Position numbers and translations under genes: made by a program | Notes under the pieces: generated by a model | What the model saw: only the letters and a program-made list of their open reading frames with translations | Databases searched by the model: none | Told to the model about the DNA's origin: nothing | Part shown: positions 49,081-59,560 of the stretch, in pieces | Position numbering within the stretch: position 1 is the stretch's first letter | How the letters are laid out: every line of letters begins with the position of its first letter | Origin: Acidobacteriota bacterium | GTDB taxonomy: Bacteria > Acidobacteriota > CAIWXX01 | Direction of reading: 5' to 3' | Assembly (NCBI GenBank): GCA_040755995.1 | Contig: JBFMAF010000041.1 | Coordinates: 78,248 to 142,247, forward strand | DNA length: 64,000 bases

Positions 49081-49560
49081 ATGGATGTCCGCAGCGGCGT
49101 CGGCTATGACATCCACCGGCTGGTCCAGAACCGGGCGCTGGTACTGGGAGGTGTCGCGATCCCCTACTCGCTCGGCCTCGACGGCCATTCCGACGCCGAC
49201 TGCCTGCTCCACGCACTCTGCGACGCGCTGCTCGGAGCCGTCGGGGAAGATGACATCGGCTCTCATTTTCCCGACGACGACCCGGCCAACGCCGGCGTGT
49301 CGAGCGAACGATTCGTGATACGGGCCCTGGAGCTGGTGCGCGGAGCCGGCTATGCCGTCTCGAACGTGGACTGCATTCTCTTCGCGGAAAAGCCGCGCCT
49401 GGGAGAGACCAAGGCCGCCATCCGCGAGAACCTCGCCAGGATCCTGGCCCTGCCCCGCGATCGCATCGCAGTCAAGGCCAAGACGGGAGAACGGCTCGGC
49501 CCCATTGGAAGAGGCGAGGCAATCGCAGCACTGGTCTCGGTGCTGGTGACGAGGGAGTAG
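49081..49560 (+). CDS. ispF: 2-C-methyl-D-erythritol 2,4-cyclodiphosphate synthase
   Basis: GYDIHRL, GHSDAD, HALCDALLGA, DIGSHFP. Confidence 0.96.
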   Translation: MDVRSGVGYDIHRLVQNRALVLGGVAIPYSLGLDGHSDADCLLHALCDALLGAVGEDDIGSHFPDDDPANAGVSSERFVIRALELVRGAGYAVSNVDCILFAEKPRLGETKAAIRENLARILALPRDRIAVKAKTGERLGPIGRGEAIAALVSVLVTRE

Positions 49561-49609
49561 GTTGAGGCTGCGAACCGGCACAATCGCAGATCCAACCGGC
49601 TTTTCTTGT

Positions 49610-49693
49610 GCCGCCCCCGGGGCTTCGAAAGCCTTCGCTTGCAGACCCAGGGCTTGCGCCCCGGGCTACGCGTCTCTCGCCCTGCCGGGGCTC
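49610..49693. repeat. REP-like tripartite palindromic element
   Basis: CGCCCCCGGGGCT ... CCCAGGGCTTGCGCCCCGGGCT ... CGCCCTGCCGGGGCT. Confidence 0.65.
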
Positions 49694-49852
49694 GCGCTGA
49701 TGCAGGAAGAATGGCTGCTCATTGAGGATGCATCCGGCTTCGCTGAATCAGTTGATAATTCGGCTCTCATGGATGAGAATGGATCGGGGCCGATGGCTGG
49801 TTTTGCCAGGCAGCCCGATTGATCGGGGTTCGCGTGTCAAGGATGGGGAGAA

Positions 49853-50716
49853 ATGGAGCCTTCAGGATTCACTAGCGGGAATGTAATCTTCGGCTACCAC
49901 GCCGTCCGAGAGGCGCTCCAGATGGAGAATACCCGTGTGGAGAAGATCCTCCTCTCGCAGGGACGCCGGGATGCGCGCGCCGACGAGCTGCTCGGTATGG
50001 CGCGCATGCGCGGCGTGCCGATCACGATCCTGAGCTCTCCGCTGTTCCACAAGATGTTCGGCGTGAAGGGGCACCAGTCTCTGGCCGCCCAGGTGGCGAC
50101 GTGCCCATACCAGGATGCGGATGCATTGATCCGAACGGAGGCGGAGGTGCCGCTCTTCCTCGCGCTCGACGAAGTGATGGACCCCCGAAACCTCGGGAGC
50201 ATCCTGCGGTCGGCCGCAGCCGCCGGCGTGCAGGGCGTCTTCCTCCCATCTCGACGGACCGCCCCCTTGTCGGCCACGGTGGAGAAGGCTTCGGCCGGGG
50301 CGGTCAACCACGTGCGTATCGCCCGCGTCGGCAACCTGGTGAATCTCCTGCGGACCTTGAATGAACGGACTATTCAGACAGTGGGGCTCGTTCCCGACGC
50401 GCCGCTGTGCTACTACGATTGCGACTTCCGAGGTCCTACGGCGTTGGTGCTGGGCGGCGAGGCGAAAGGCATACGCCGCCTGGTGCGCGAGACGTGCAGC
50501 GTCCTTGTCTCGATACCGATGGCCCAACATGTCGAGTCGCTCAACGTGTCGGTGGCCGCGGCCGTGGTTCTGTACGAGACGTTGCGGCAACGGCGCGCGG
50601 CGCGGCTGGAGGCGCAGGAGCTGCTGATGGCCACGTCGAGCAGGCAGGGCGAGGCCGGGTTCGGAAGGCAGCGTCCCGATGAGGCGGGGCCGGGGCGACG
50701 GCGTGCGCGTGACTGA
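49853..50716 (+). CDS. rlmB: 23S rRNA Gm2251 methyltransferase
   Basis: DPRNLGSILRSA, KASAGA, GGEAKGIRRLV, ESLNVSVA. Confidence 0.93.
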   Translation: MEPSGFTSGNVIFGYHAVREALQMENTRVEKILLSQGRRDARADELLGMARMRGVPITILSSPLFHKMFGVKGHQSLAAQVATCPYQDADALIRTEAEVPLFLALDEVMDPRNLGSILRSAAAAGVQGVFLPSRRTAPLSATVEKASAGAVNHVRIARVGNLVNLLRTLNERTIQTVGLVPDAPLCYYDCDFRGPTALVLGGEAKGIRRLVRETCSVLVSIPMAQHVESLNVSVAAAVVLYETLRQRRAARLEAQELLMATSSRQGEAGFGRQRPDEAGPGRRRARD

Positions 50717-50861
50717 GGGGATGCTCCGGCTCGTGAGTTGGTGAGAGTCCGGTCGCGTCCGCGTCAACGCCCACATTCAGGTGTGATGACCCTTTCTGCC
50801 TTGAGGATGGCCGCCGCGAACGATCGTGGGTTCTGAATTGACGGCAGGTGTTGAGGATCAG

Positions 50862-53654
50862 ATGACATCGGCGGGCTCTCCCGGCTCACGCCACGCTTCC
50901 ATCCGGATCTCCGGCGCGCGTGCGCACAATCTGAAGAACATCAGCATCGAGCTGCCGGCGCAGAGTCTCGTGGTGGTCACGGGTGTGAGTGGATCCGGGA
51001 AGTCCAGCCTCGTGTTCGACACGCTGTATGCCGAGGGCCAACGCCGGTACGTAGAGACGCTCTCGGCGTACGCGCGACAGTTTCTGGAGCGCATGGACAA
51101 GCCCGACGTCGACGCCATCACCAACATCTCCCCTACCATTGCGATCCAGCAGAAGGCGCCAAGCCGCAACCCCCGCTCCACGGTGGCCACAGTCACCGAG
51201 ATCCACGACTACCTGCGACTTCTTTATTCGCGCATCGGCACCGTGCTCTGCTCGCAATGCGGACAGGCGGTGAAATCGGATTCCATAGACACCATCACCG
51301 ACAGGCTGCGGCGGGAGGCGCAGGGGGAGGTAGTGGCCATTACCTACAGCCGTGACGTTTCAGACGGAAGCTCCTTCGAACAGGTCCGGGAAGAGCTGCT
51401 GAAGCGCGGCTTTCGAAAGGTCTGGACCGAAGCCGGCGCAACGCCGATCGAGGCGCTGCCTGCGGGCACGAGCAGCCTGAGGGTCCTGGTCGATAGGGTC
51501 GAGGCTGACCTGGGAGACCGCGAACGGATGGTGGACTCCATCGAGATGGCGTTGCGCGAGGGCGGCGGGCACATGGAGGCAATAACGGGAAGTGGCACGT
51601 TGCGCTTCTCCGAGCGCTTCGAGTGCGCGCGCTGCGGGATCGAATACGTAAGACCCGACGTGCAACTTTTCTCGTTCAACAGCCCGCACGGTGCCTGCCC
51701 CCGCTGTCACGGCTTCGGCAACATCATCGAGATCGATCCCGATCTGGTCATACCGGACAAGCAGCGCTCGATCGTCAACGACGCGATCGATCCGTTCCGG
51801 CTCCCGTCCTTCTCGGAGTACTTCGAGGAGTTCCTGTCGATGGCGAAGTCGCGCGGAATTCCGATCGATGTCCCTTACGAGGAGCTGCCGGATCAGGCGA
51901 GGCGCCTGCTTTGGGATGGGGATGGCGAGTTCCCCGGTGTCATGGGGATTTTCGAGTGGCTGGAGACCAAGAAATACAAGGTCCATGTCAGGGTATTGCT
52001 GAGCCGCTACCGCTCGTATCGCACCTGCCATGCGTGCAAGGGGCAGCGGCTAAAGCCCGAGGCGCTTCGCGTGCAGGTGGGCGGCCGGAGCATCGGGGAG
52101 CTCTGCGCCATGACGGTGCAGGAATGCCTCGCCTTCGCCGGAGCCTTGTCGCTCGCCTCCGAGGAGGCGGCGGTGGCCGGCAAGGTCGTGGACGAGATCG
52201 TCAAGCGCCTGCGCTATCTGAGCGACGTGGGCCTCGACTACCTCACGCTGGATCGATTGACCTTCACTCTGAGCGGCGGGGAGGCTCAGCGAATCCACCT
52301 CGCCAGCTCAGTTGGTGCCGCCCTGTCAGGCGTCCTGTACATCCTGGACGAACCGAGCATCGGCCTGCACTCGCGCGACACCCGGCGGCTCATCCGGATT
52401 CTCCGCCGCCTCGTCGATCTCGGCAACACCGTGATCGTCGTGGAGCACGACCCGGAGATGATCGCCGCCGCAGATCACATCGTGGACCTCGGGCCCGGGG
52501 CCGGCGAACGCGGAGGACACCTGGTCTACTCCGGAACCCTCGACGGCCTGCTGGAATCACGCGAGTCTTCCACGGGCGGCTATCTCTCCCGGAGGATCCG
52601 AATTCCGCTGGCAGACCGCCATCGTGAGCCGGATGGATTCCTCCGCTTCCGGGGCGTCCGCAAGAACAACCTCAAGTCGATCTCCCTCGACATCCCGCTC
52701 CGACTGGTCACCGTCATCACCGGCGTCTCCGGGTCAGGCAAGAGCACGCTGCTTTATGACTGCATCTACGAGGCGGTGCGATCTCACGTGACAGGCAGGC
52801 CTCCTCGTGAGCTCACCTGGGAGAAGGTCGACGGGCTGGCGTCGCTCTTCGACGTGGTGCTCGTCGACCAGGCAGCCATCGGCAAGTCCCCGCGGGCGAA
52901 TCCGGCCACCTACCTCGGATTCTTCGACGAGATCCGCGCCCTGCTTGCATCGACACAGGCCGCCAGGCGTATGGGGCTGGCGCCGTCGTTCTTCTCGTTC
53001 AACGTGGGCGGCGGCCGGTGCCCGACATGCGAGGGATCCGGCTACATACGCGTCGAGATGCAATTCCTCTCGGATGTCTACCTGACGTGCGAGAACTGTG
53101 AAGGTCGCCGGTACAAGCCGCAGGCGCTCGACATCAGGTACCGGAGCAAGGATGTGAGCGAGATCCTGAATCTCACCGTGAACGAGGCGATGCTGTTTTT
53201 CTCGGACAATGCTCAGATCAGGAACAAGATGGCGTTCCTCGACAAAGTCGGCCTCGGGTACCTCCGCCTCGGACAGCCGCTCAACACACTGAGCGGCGGC
53301 GAGGCTCAGAGGATCAAGCTCGCGTATCACCTGTCCAAGGGATCCCAGACCGAGACGCTCTTCCTTTTCGACGAACCGACCACGGGACTCCACTTCGAGG
53401 ACATCGGGAAACTCGTCGCGAGCTTCGAGCATCTGCTCCGCCAGCGCCACACCATCGTCGTAATCGAGCACAATCTCGAGATCATCAAGCAGGCTGATTG
53501 GATAATCGATCTGGGCCCTGAAGGCGGTGAAGCGGGCGGGAAGGTGCTGTTCTTGGGGCGGCTCGAGCAGATGCTGCGCATGCACTCATCGGGCAGACTC
53601 GCGCAGTCCCACACCGCTCGCTTCTTGAAGCGCACTCTATGCCGTGCGACATGA
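50862..53654 (+). CDS. uvrA: Excinuclease ABC subunit A
   Basis: Two GVSGSGKS, FDTLYAEGQRRY, two LSGGEAQRI, zinc fingers. Confidence 0.95.
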   Translation: MTSAGSPGSRHASIRISGARAHNLKNISIELPAQSLVVVTGVSGSGKSSLVFDTLYAEGQRRYVETLSAYARQFLERMDKPDVDAITNISPTIAIQQKAPSRNPRSTVATVTEIHDYLRLLYSRIGTVLCSQCGQAVKSDSIDTITDRLRREAQGEVVAITYSRDVSDGSSFEQVREELLKRGFRKVWTEAGATPIEALPAGTSSLRVLVDRVEADLGDRERMVDSIEMALREGGGHMEAITGSGTLRFSERFECARCGIEYVRPDVQLFSFNSPHGACPRCHGFGNIIEIDPDLVIPDKQRSIVNDAIDPFRLPSFSEYFEEFLSMAKSRGIPIDVPYEELPDQARRLLWDGDGEFPGVMGIFEWLETKKYKVHVRVLLSRYRSYRTCHACKGQRLKPEALRVQVGGRSIGELCAMTVQECLAFAGALSLASEEAAVAGKVVDEIVKRLRYLSDVGLDYLTLDRLTFTLSGGEAQRIHLASSVGAALSGVLYILDEPSIGLHSRDTRRLIRILRRLVDLGNTVIVVEHDPEMIAAADHIVDLGPGAGERGGHLVYSGTLDGLLESRESSTGGYLSRRIRIPLADRHREPDGFLRFRGVRKNNLKSISLDIPLRLVTVITGVSGSGKSTLLYDCIYEAVRSHVTGRPPRELTWEKVDGLASLFDVVLVDQAAIGKSPRANPATYLGFFDEIRALLASTQAARRMGLAPSFFSFNVGGGRCPTCEGSGYIRVEMQFLSDVYLTCENCEGRRYKPQALDIRYRSKDVSEILNLTVNEAMLFFSDNAQIRNKMAFLDKVGLGYLRLGQPLNTLSGGEAQRIKLAYHLSKGSQTETLFLFDEPTTGLHFEDIGKLVASFEHLLRQRHTIVVIEHNLEIIKQADWIIDLGPEGGEAGGKVLFLGRLEQMLRMHSSGRLAQSHTARFLKRTLCRAT

Positions 53655-53736
53655 GTCGCGCGGTATGCGTGACGCCCGGCACGGCTAACGCGCCAGACCC
53701 TTGCGCCCGGCCCTTGCCGAGCAGCAGGGTAGCGGC

Positions 53737-54225
53737 TCACTCGTAGTTGCCGAGGAACACCACCTCGATCTCTCGGAGGCCCCGAGGCAGCGAGTCGAGG
53801 TCGGCGTGCCAGGCGCCCGGGCGGCTGTCGCCGAACGTGAATCCGCCGAGCTCGTGCGAATAGCTCAACCTGCCGCCGCTGTCATATCCACGCACCTCCA
53901 CGCTGAATACCAGCAACGCCAAGACGATCTCGTCCGGGCGCACTGCCCTGCGCACTCGCATCTGAAGCGAAACACCCGATTTCCTGCCGCAGATTGACAG
54001 CGAGCATCTGGCCGTGCCACCGCCGAAGCTCTGGTCGTGCAGCTTCAGCGTTACACCGTCGGCGCTCTGTCCCAGGAGAAACCGATACTGTTCGAGGATC
54101 GTGTCACTCGCGTAGCAGCGCCGGTCAATCGGCGTATCGATAAGAAGGACTCCCACCGCCGCCACGACGATGCACCATTTCGTGACACCTGGCCTGATCA
54201 AAGAGAAGCTACCCCTTCTCGACAT
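53737..54225 (-). CDS. Hypothetical exported protein
   Basis: Hydrophobic N-terminal segment and beta-rich C-terminus; start uncertain. Confidence 0.55.
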   Translation of the reverse strand: MSRRGSFSLIRPGVTKWCIVVAAVGVLLIDTPIDRRCYASDTILEQYRFLLGQSADGVTLKLHDQSFGGGTARCSLSICGRKSGVSLQMRVRRAVRPDEIVLALLVFSVEVRGYDSGGRLSYSHELGGFTFGDSRPGAWHADLDSLPRGLREIEVVFLGNYE

Positions 54226-54340
54226 CTCGTGCCTTTTCGTTCCCTCCGGTCTCTTTCGTCCGTTGTCACGAGCCTCGGCGCAGTCTCGACCGCAGTCCTC
54301 CATCTCTCTTTCGCCTTTCCCCTTGTCCCTTCTCTGGCTC

Positions 54341-54949
54341 TCACTTGCAATTACTCGTTCGCACGGTGGTGAACGCGACCGTGATCGGCCCGCTGTTCGT
54401 CTCGAATGTGGTCTTCACCAGCGAACCGAAAACGTCTCGCGCTCCGTACGTAGAATTCCCATAGAAGTCCCCGATGTCATCGTTCCAGAACTGGATGATC
54501 TTCTTCTTGAATTCGACCCAGAGGCCCGCGTCCAGAAGAAAGCGCTCGCCGCGCCTGGTGCGGCTGAAGAAGCAGTTGCCCTTGAGCGCCGCCTCGAAGT
54601 AGCTTCGGATTTCGTGAATACCTGCGGCCTTCCGATCTGCAAAGGGGTCCTGCACCTCGTTGCCATCCGAGTCGAGCACGTTGATCTTGACCTGTATCCC
54701 ACCGAAGTCGTAATCGGTCACCAGAATCGCCGCCAGAGCGGTCGCCACGTCATCTTTGCATCCGCGGACGTCGATTTCGTAGTGGCTCTCGTCAATCTCC
54801 TTCACGTCGCTCACGTCGACACACGGATTCGCTCCGAAAGAGTACTCGATCTCCCGGCCGAGTCCATACTGTGGCGGGCTCAACGCGAAGGCTGATGGAG
54901 ACAGGAGCAGCAGGCTTGCCGGCAACAACAGCGCTGGTCTTGAATTCAC
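54341..54949 (-). CDS. Hypothetical secreted protein
   Basis: AAGGAGG before GTG; signal peptide ending AFA; LSPP...FG...VEFKKKIIQFWNDDIGDFYGN. Confidence 0.75.
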   Translation of the reverse strand: MNSRPALLLPASLLLLSPSAFALSPPQYGLGREIEYSFGANPCVDVSDVKEIDESHYEIDVRGCKDDVATALAAILVTDYDFGGIQVKINVLDSDGNEVQDPFADRKAAGIHEIRSYFEAALKGNCFFSRTRRGERFLLDAGLWVEFKKKIIQFWNDDIGDFYGNSTYGARDVFGSLVKTTFETNSGPITVAFTTVRTSNCK

Positions 54950-55024
54950 GGGATGCCTCCTTCTCAGCGGGTATTCATCAGGTGGAGCTGCGGCATCGCT
55001 CACCGGCCGACTCCGGATCCTCAC

Positions 55025-55528
55025 CTACTCCCAGGGGTAGTACGTACGCGTCACGCAGTGCTGTCCCGAGGGCTGTGTTGACAGGTCGACTGTGAAATCG
55101 AGCTCGAGGTCCGAGGCCTGGACATACGGCTCGACGACCTGGATCCTGTACGGTCCAGGCTCCAGGTTCTCGAACTTGTAGGTGAGATCGAACAGGCACA
55201 GGCAGCTGCATCCTGCCTCTCTCTCCTTCTCCCGGATGGTGATCACCTTGTTCTCGACCGTGATGTCGGCGGTGAGCTCGCCTGGACAGCAGTTGAATCC
55301 GGCGTTGACGTGGTTGATCTGAAGACTGTCCTGGCCGTTGTACTGCCACACGAGGCAGTCCTGGCTTGCTGCCGCCGCCCGCGGCAATTGGGAAAGCGTC
55401 TTGCAGTCGGTGTGATTCACCATCGCTCCCATCACGCCGATCGATTCTCGTTGATCGCCGCATCCGCTGAGAGCGTGAATCGCCGCGAAGATGGCCAAGA
55501 CAACCACTGCCCGACTCATCCGGACCAT
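55025..55528 (-). CDS. Cys-rich lipoprotein
   Basis: AAGGAGG RBS, lipobox LSGC, HVNAGFNCCP, CSCLC. Confidence 0.8.
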   Translation of the reverse strand: MVRMSRAVVVLAIFAAIHALSGCGDQRESIGVMGAMVNHTDCKTLSQLPRAAAASQDCLVWQYNGQDSLQINHVNAGFNCCPGELTADITVENKVITIREKEREAGCSCLCLFDLTYKFENLEPGPYRIQVVEPYVQASDLELDFTVDLSTQPSGQHCVTRTYYPWE

Positions 55529-56058
55529 GATAACCTCCTTGCTCTTGAGAAGATGATAGCCGATTCCTCCGGGCGAAGCCCAGCCTCGCCACACTCTGCG
55601 CAGACAGCCGAGAGTCGAGCGCCAGACCACGACCCGATTCCCAGGACTGACCGAATCTCGCTCCAAAGACCTCCGCCTCTTCCAAAGCGCCTTCACCGCA
55701 CCATGCGCTCTACTCTCGTTCCGTCTGCGTAATTGGACCCAGCAAGAAGCGTGCCGCCGACGCACAGACCACTCAGTGTCTGTGCGAAGGCGTTGAAAGG
55801 CAATGCGAAAATGTGGAGAAGCCGCGGCGAATCAGCGCTCCGAGCGGCAGGCGCGGGTTAGCCCTGTCTATCCGTGCGGCCGCGCGAGTTAGCTTTCCCT
55901 AACTCCACGCGGCTGCTGCCATCAGAGCCTGACCTGCCATACCGGCAGACGGATCTTGGGGGTACGAATCGAGCCACGATCGTGGCATCATTGGCGTGCC
56001 GCTTGCATTAGCGAGGTTTGGCGGATACGCTGGTGCTCGTAGAAACCTGGGGTGGCAC

Positions 56059-57405
56059 ATGGTGAGCCTTCGTGTTTTGATCGCGATCCTCTCGTTGTCA
56101 GCTCCTGCACTGCTCACCGCGTCCGATTACTCTGAGCCGGCCTTCCTGATCACGGGCATAGAAATCAGTGGAACCCATTGGGTGTCGAAGGATCTCGTCC
56201 GTACTGAGACCCGACTCGACTTGGGCCGCGCCTACTCCGAGCGCGATCTCATTCTGGCACTGCGGCGAGTCTCGAGACTGCCGTTCGTGCTCTCGGCGGA
56301 CTTCTCGCTGGCCAAGGGCCTCACATACGGCACCTACACGCTCGTGATCGAGGTGCGCGAGACTTATCCTTTGTTTGTTCAATACGAGAAGACCGTGGTG
56401 AAGACCAGCCCGACGGAAGACGCCAGAGCGCTGGGGTACGGGCCGGCCCCCGAGGTTACTGGAACCGGACAGAACATCGCATTGGGTGGGCGCTTTTCAG
56501 TCGGAGCCTACGGCTTGGGCTATCTCGTAGTGAGCCGAGAGGCTGCGCCGGACGCTCAAGAACGGCTGCCTGCGACCGGCCTCAACGTGGGATTCAGCCA
56601 CTATCGGCTGACGCGGAAGAACATCTTCCTCAACGTAAATCTCCAGGTGACGGCAAGGCGCACAGGGGAACGAATGGACGACCTGGTGTGGTCCAGCGGC
56701 ACGATCACGATAGACCGGCCCGTCTCGCCGTCGCTCACCGTATCCATGCCGGTTCTCAAGAATCACTGGATCTCGTTCGACGCAAGCTACCTTAGAGAGC
56801 GCCAGGCTTACGATTTCGCCTCCTCCGATCTGCCCTTCCAGGATCGCATGACCGACAGCCGGCTGCAGATGAACCTGAGCTGGTACTACGACACGACCGA
56901 CGATCTTCTTCTGCCCCGGCGCGGGGTGCGGTGGGAGGCGGGCCTGAGCTACATTCGCCAGAGGTCGGAGTATCAGACCCGGTTCTTCGCTACTGATGAT
57001 GTCCCCTTTGAAACCGAGCTGAGCTCGCAACTGTCCGAGGTCACGCAGCTCTACGCCACGGCCGTGAAGAACTGGCCGATCTCGAGACGGCTTTCAGTCC
57101 ACGCCGGCGGCCTCGCCACATATCGGCTCCACGAGGGAGGCACCTATGCACTCGACTCTCAGTATCGCAAGCTGGAACTGCAGGGGGGGGGCAGCTGGGA
57201 CGTTTGGGGACGCCGCATGACCGAGCGCGTGGGGGACTTGCGACTCGAGCTACTGGCCCGCTACCGGAACGCGGACGCCCGGTGGTACGGATCGAACGCC
57301 GAGACCATCGAGGCCGGCCTGGTCTTTCGCAGCCAGTGGGGACTGTTCAGCTTCAGCTATCGTCGCACGTGGGAAGCGTCCAGTGTTGTCTACGGGGGCT
57401 CGTAG
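56059..57405 (+). CDS. Outer membrane protein, single POTRA plus beta-barrel (Omp85-like)
   Basis: Signal peptide; ITGIEISG...RLDLGRAYSE..L...LVIEVRE (POTRA); YDTTDDLLLPRRG. Confidence 0.72.
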   Translation: MVSLRVLIAILSLSAPALLTASDYSEPAFLITGIEISGTHWVSKDLVRTETRLDLGRAYSERDLILALRRVSRLPFVLSADFSLAKGLTYGTYTLVIEVRETYPLFVQYEKTVVKTSPTEDARALGYGPAPEVTGTGQNIALGGRFSVGAYGLGYLVVSREAAPDAQERLPATGLNVGFSHYRLTRKNIFLNVNLQVTARRTGERMDDLVWSSGTITIDRPVSPSLTVSMPVLKNHWISFDASYLRERQAYDFASSDLPFQDRMTDSRLQMNLSWYYDTTDDLLLPRRGVRWEAGLSYIRQRSEYQTRFFATDDVPFETELSSQLSEVTQLYATAVKNWPISRRLSVHAGGLATYRLHEGGTYALDSQYRKLELQGGGSWDVWGRRMTERVGDLRLELLARYRNADARWYGSNAETIEAGLVFRSQWGLFSFSYRRTWEASSVVYGGS

Positions 57406-57456
57406 ACTTCCTCGCGTCGTGAAGCCAGTGCCGGCCAGCGGCGCACACAGCGACCT

Positions 57457-58170
57457 GTGTCTCACCCGCACAGCCGGAGCCGTACGAGCAGGGTCTGGAA
57501 TCTCAAACTCCGCTCAAGGCGGGCAATGACAGCAACGGCGTTGCTGTTGGGGGTGGCACTCGTCGCACAACAGGGCTCGCCCACCATGCATCGCACCGAT
57601 GACGGGTACCTCGTGCTGTACTTTCCCGCCGGCCCGCTCCAGGAAAAGGATATACAGCGGCGCCTGTTATCGGGCCTGACGGCGACAATCGAGCTCACCA
57701 CGAAGGTGAAGGTCGCAGGCCGAGGAGACACTCTGGAATCGTTGTGCCTTCTGGATATCCGCCATGAAGTCTGGGAAGAGATGCTCCTCGTCCGGCGCCT
57801 GGACGCGACGGGCGCGGAATCGTCCCACTCGTTCAAGTCGTTCGAGCAGCTTTCGCAGTGGCTCAGTACCGATCCGATCCGAGTCGCCCTGGTGAAGGAA
57901 TTTCCCGCACCTATGAACGTGAAGATCGCCTGCCGCATCATCCCCTTCTCCAAGGGCGAGGAGGGCGACACGAGGGATTGGTTTTCGAAGCTGCTGAACG
58001 TCCCCGACCCTGCGCGGCTCGGGCGCGGGGACAGGAATCGCCAGCCGTCGATCGGCGGCGAGCCGTCGTCGAACAGCATCTTCTCGTCGTTGATGAGCAC
58101 GGGCATCGAAAGGCAATCGGTCCGCGACTACTCGTGGGAGTGGACCGCACCACCGAGGTTGAACCCATGA
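57457..58170 (+). CDS. Periplasmic protein, DUF4390-like
   Basis: LLSGLTATIEL...IRHEVWEE; coupled to the kinase by an ATGA overlap; start could be 57526. Confidence 0.6.
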   Translation: MSHPHSRSRTSRVWNLKLRSRRAMTATALLLGVALVAQQGSPTMHRTDDGYLVLYFPAGPLQEKDIQRRLLSGLTATIELTTKVKVAGRGDTLESLCLLDIRHEVWEEMLLVRRLDATGAESSHSFKSFEQLSQWLSTDPIRVALVKEFPAPMNVKIACRIIPFSKGEEGDTRDWFSKLLNVPDPARLGRGDRNRQPSIGGEPSSNSIFSSLMSTGIERQSVRDYSWEWTAPPRLNP

Positions 58171-59360
58171 CCTTCAGACAACACCTGGTCTCTCTCTGCA
58201 TCATGAGCGGGCTCTGCCTGGCCTTCTTCCAGGCTTCGCATCGATGGATAGCGGATGCGTGGATGAGGATGGCATTGAACCCGGAGATCAACGATCTGCT
58301 GCTGCAGGCGATGCTGAGTCAGAAGAGACTGGCCGAACTCGAGCCGGACAAGACCGCCGACTACAGGCGCCAGTACGACCAGACACGGGCCCTGCTGGCC
58401 CACCTCGAGGTGCTGCGCACCAGCCGCCAGCCGATCCTGACCCGCTTCCAGGCGGTGCTTGTCGCGCTCTTCGCAGTAAGCCTGCTTTCGATCGTCTCGA
58501 TCCAGCTTTGGGGGCACAGGCGGTTGGACCAGCGGCTGACGAGACTGCGCGGCAGCCTCCAGCGGCTCGCCGCTGGCGAGCCGGTCCGGATCGACACCAC
58601 CCGCGGTGACCTCATCGGCAAGATCGAGAAGATGATCGAGGACACCTCGCAGGTCTGGGGCAGACGGCTCAAGATGCTGGAGACGCTGGAGCGCTGGCAG
58701 GAGTCGTCTCGCCGCCTGGCTCACGAGATCCGTACGCCGTTGACCGCGATGCAGATCGAGCTCAAGAAGCTCCATGCTGCGTGCAAGACCAGATGCACGC
58801 AGTTCGAGAACGGGCCGGCGCACTCGATTGAGAGCATCTCGGAGGAGCTCGGCCGCCTGAGCGAGTTCACGGAGGAGTTCACCGCTCTTGCGAAAATCCG
58901 CCAACCGTCGCTCAAGCGCGAGAGCCTGGCGCGATTCGTCGACGAGTTCCGAGAATCCTATGCGAATGTGTGGCCGAATATCGGCCTGGCCGGCGAGGCG
59001 CCCGCCGGACCGAGCCCGGAGGTGTTCATGGATCGCCGGATGGTCCGTCAGGTTCTGGTGAACCTCTGCGATAACAGTTCCGCTGCGATCGGATCGCGGA
59101 AGGGAACCGTCAGCCTCCGCACGCTGAAGGAGGCCGGGGTCGTTGTTCTGTCGGTCAAGGACAATGGGCCGGGGATATCGGATTCGCTCAGGGACCGCCT
59201 GTTCGAGCCGTACGTGACCACAAAGCCCGTCGGCGAGGGCATGGGGCTGGGGCTCGCGATCGCGAAGAAGATCATGCTGGACCATCGCGGCGATCTGGTT
59301 CTGCACGAGACGGGCCTGGACGGCACGGAATTCCGCCTTCTGTTTCCGGTGACCGATTGA
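58167..59360 (+). CDS. Sensor histidine kinase (NtrY-like)
   Basis: Two TM, RRLAHEIRTPLT, NLCDN, DNGPGI, FEPYVTTK, GMGLGLAI. Confidence 0.92.
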   Translation: MTFRQHLVSLCIMSGLCLAFFQASHRWIADAWMRMALNPEINDLLLQAMLSQKRLAELEPDKTADYRRQYDQTRALLAHLEVLRTSRQPILTRFQAVLVALFAVSLLSIVSIQLWGHRRLDQRLTRLRGSLQRLAAGEPVRIDTTRGDLIGKIEKMIEDTSQVWGRRLKMLETLERWQESSRRLAHEIRTPLTAMQIELKKLHAACKTRCTQFENGPAHSIESISEELGRLSEFTEEFTALAKIRQPSLKRESLARFVDEFRESYANVWPNIGLAGEAPAGPSPEVFMDRRMVRQVLVNLCDNSSAAIGSRKGTVSLRTLKEAGVVVLSVKDNGPGISDSLRDRLFEPYVTTKPVGEGMGLGLAIAKKIMLDHRGDLVLHETGLDGTEFRLLFPVTD

Positions 59361-59445
59361 GCACCGCCGGCGTTACAATGGCTTGAGGCGAGAGACATGT
59401 TGACTTCGAGTCGAGCTTGTGGAGCGGCCCGTCATTGCCCTGAAT

Positions 59446-59480
59446 CCGTACCCGTTCCCGTTCCCGTACCCGATCCCGAC
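59446..59480. repeat. Hexamer array (CCGTWC)n
   Basis: CCGTAC CCGTTC CCGTTC CCGTAC CCGATC. Confidence 0.7.
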
Positions 59481-59560
59481 CGGCTGCGCACACGGGTGCG
59501 CGTACCGGCCTTGGGCCTGGGCACGGCCAGGCGCAGCCTCGCCAAGGGTGGAGGTACGCA

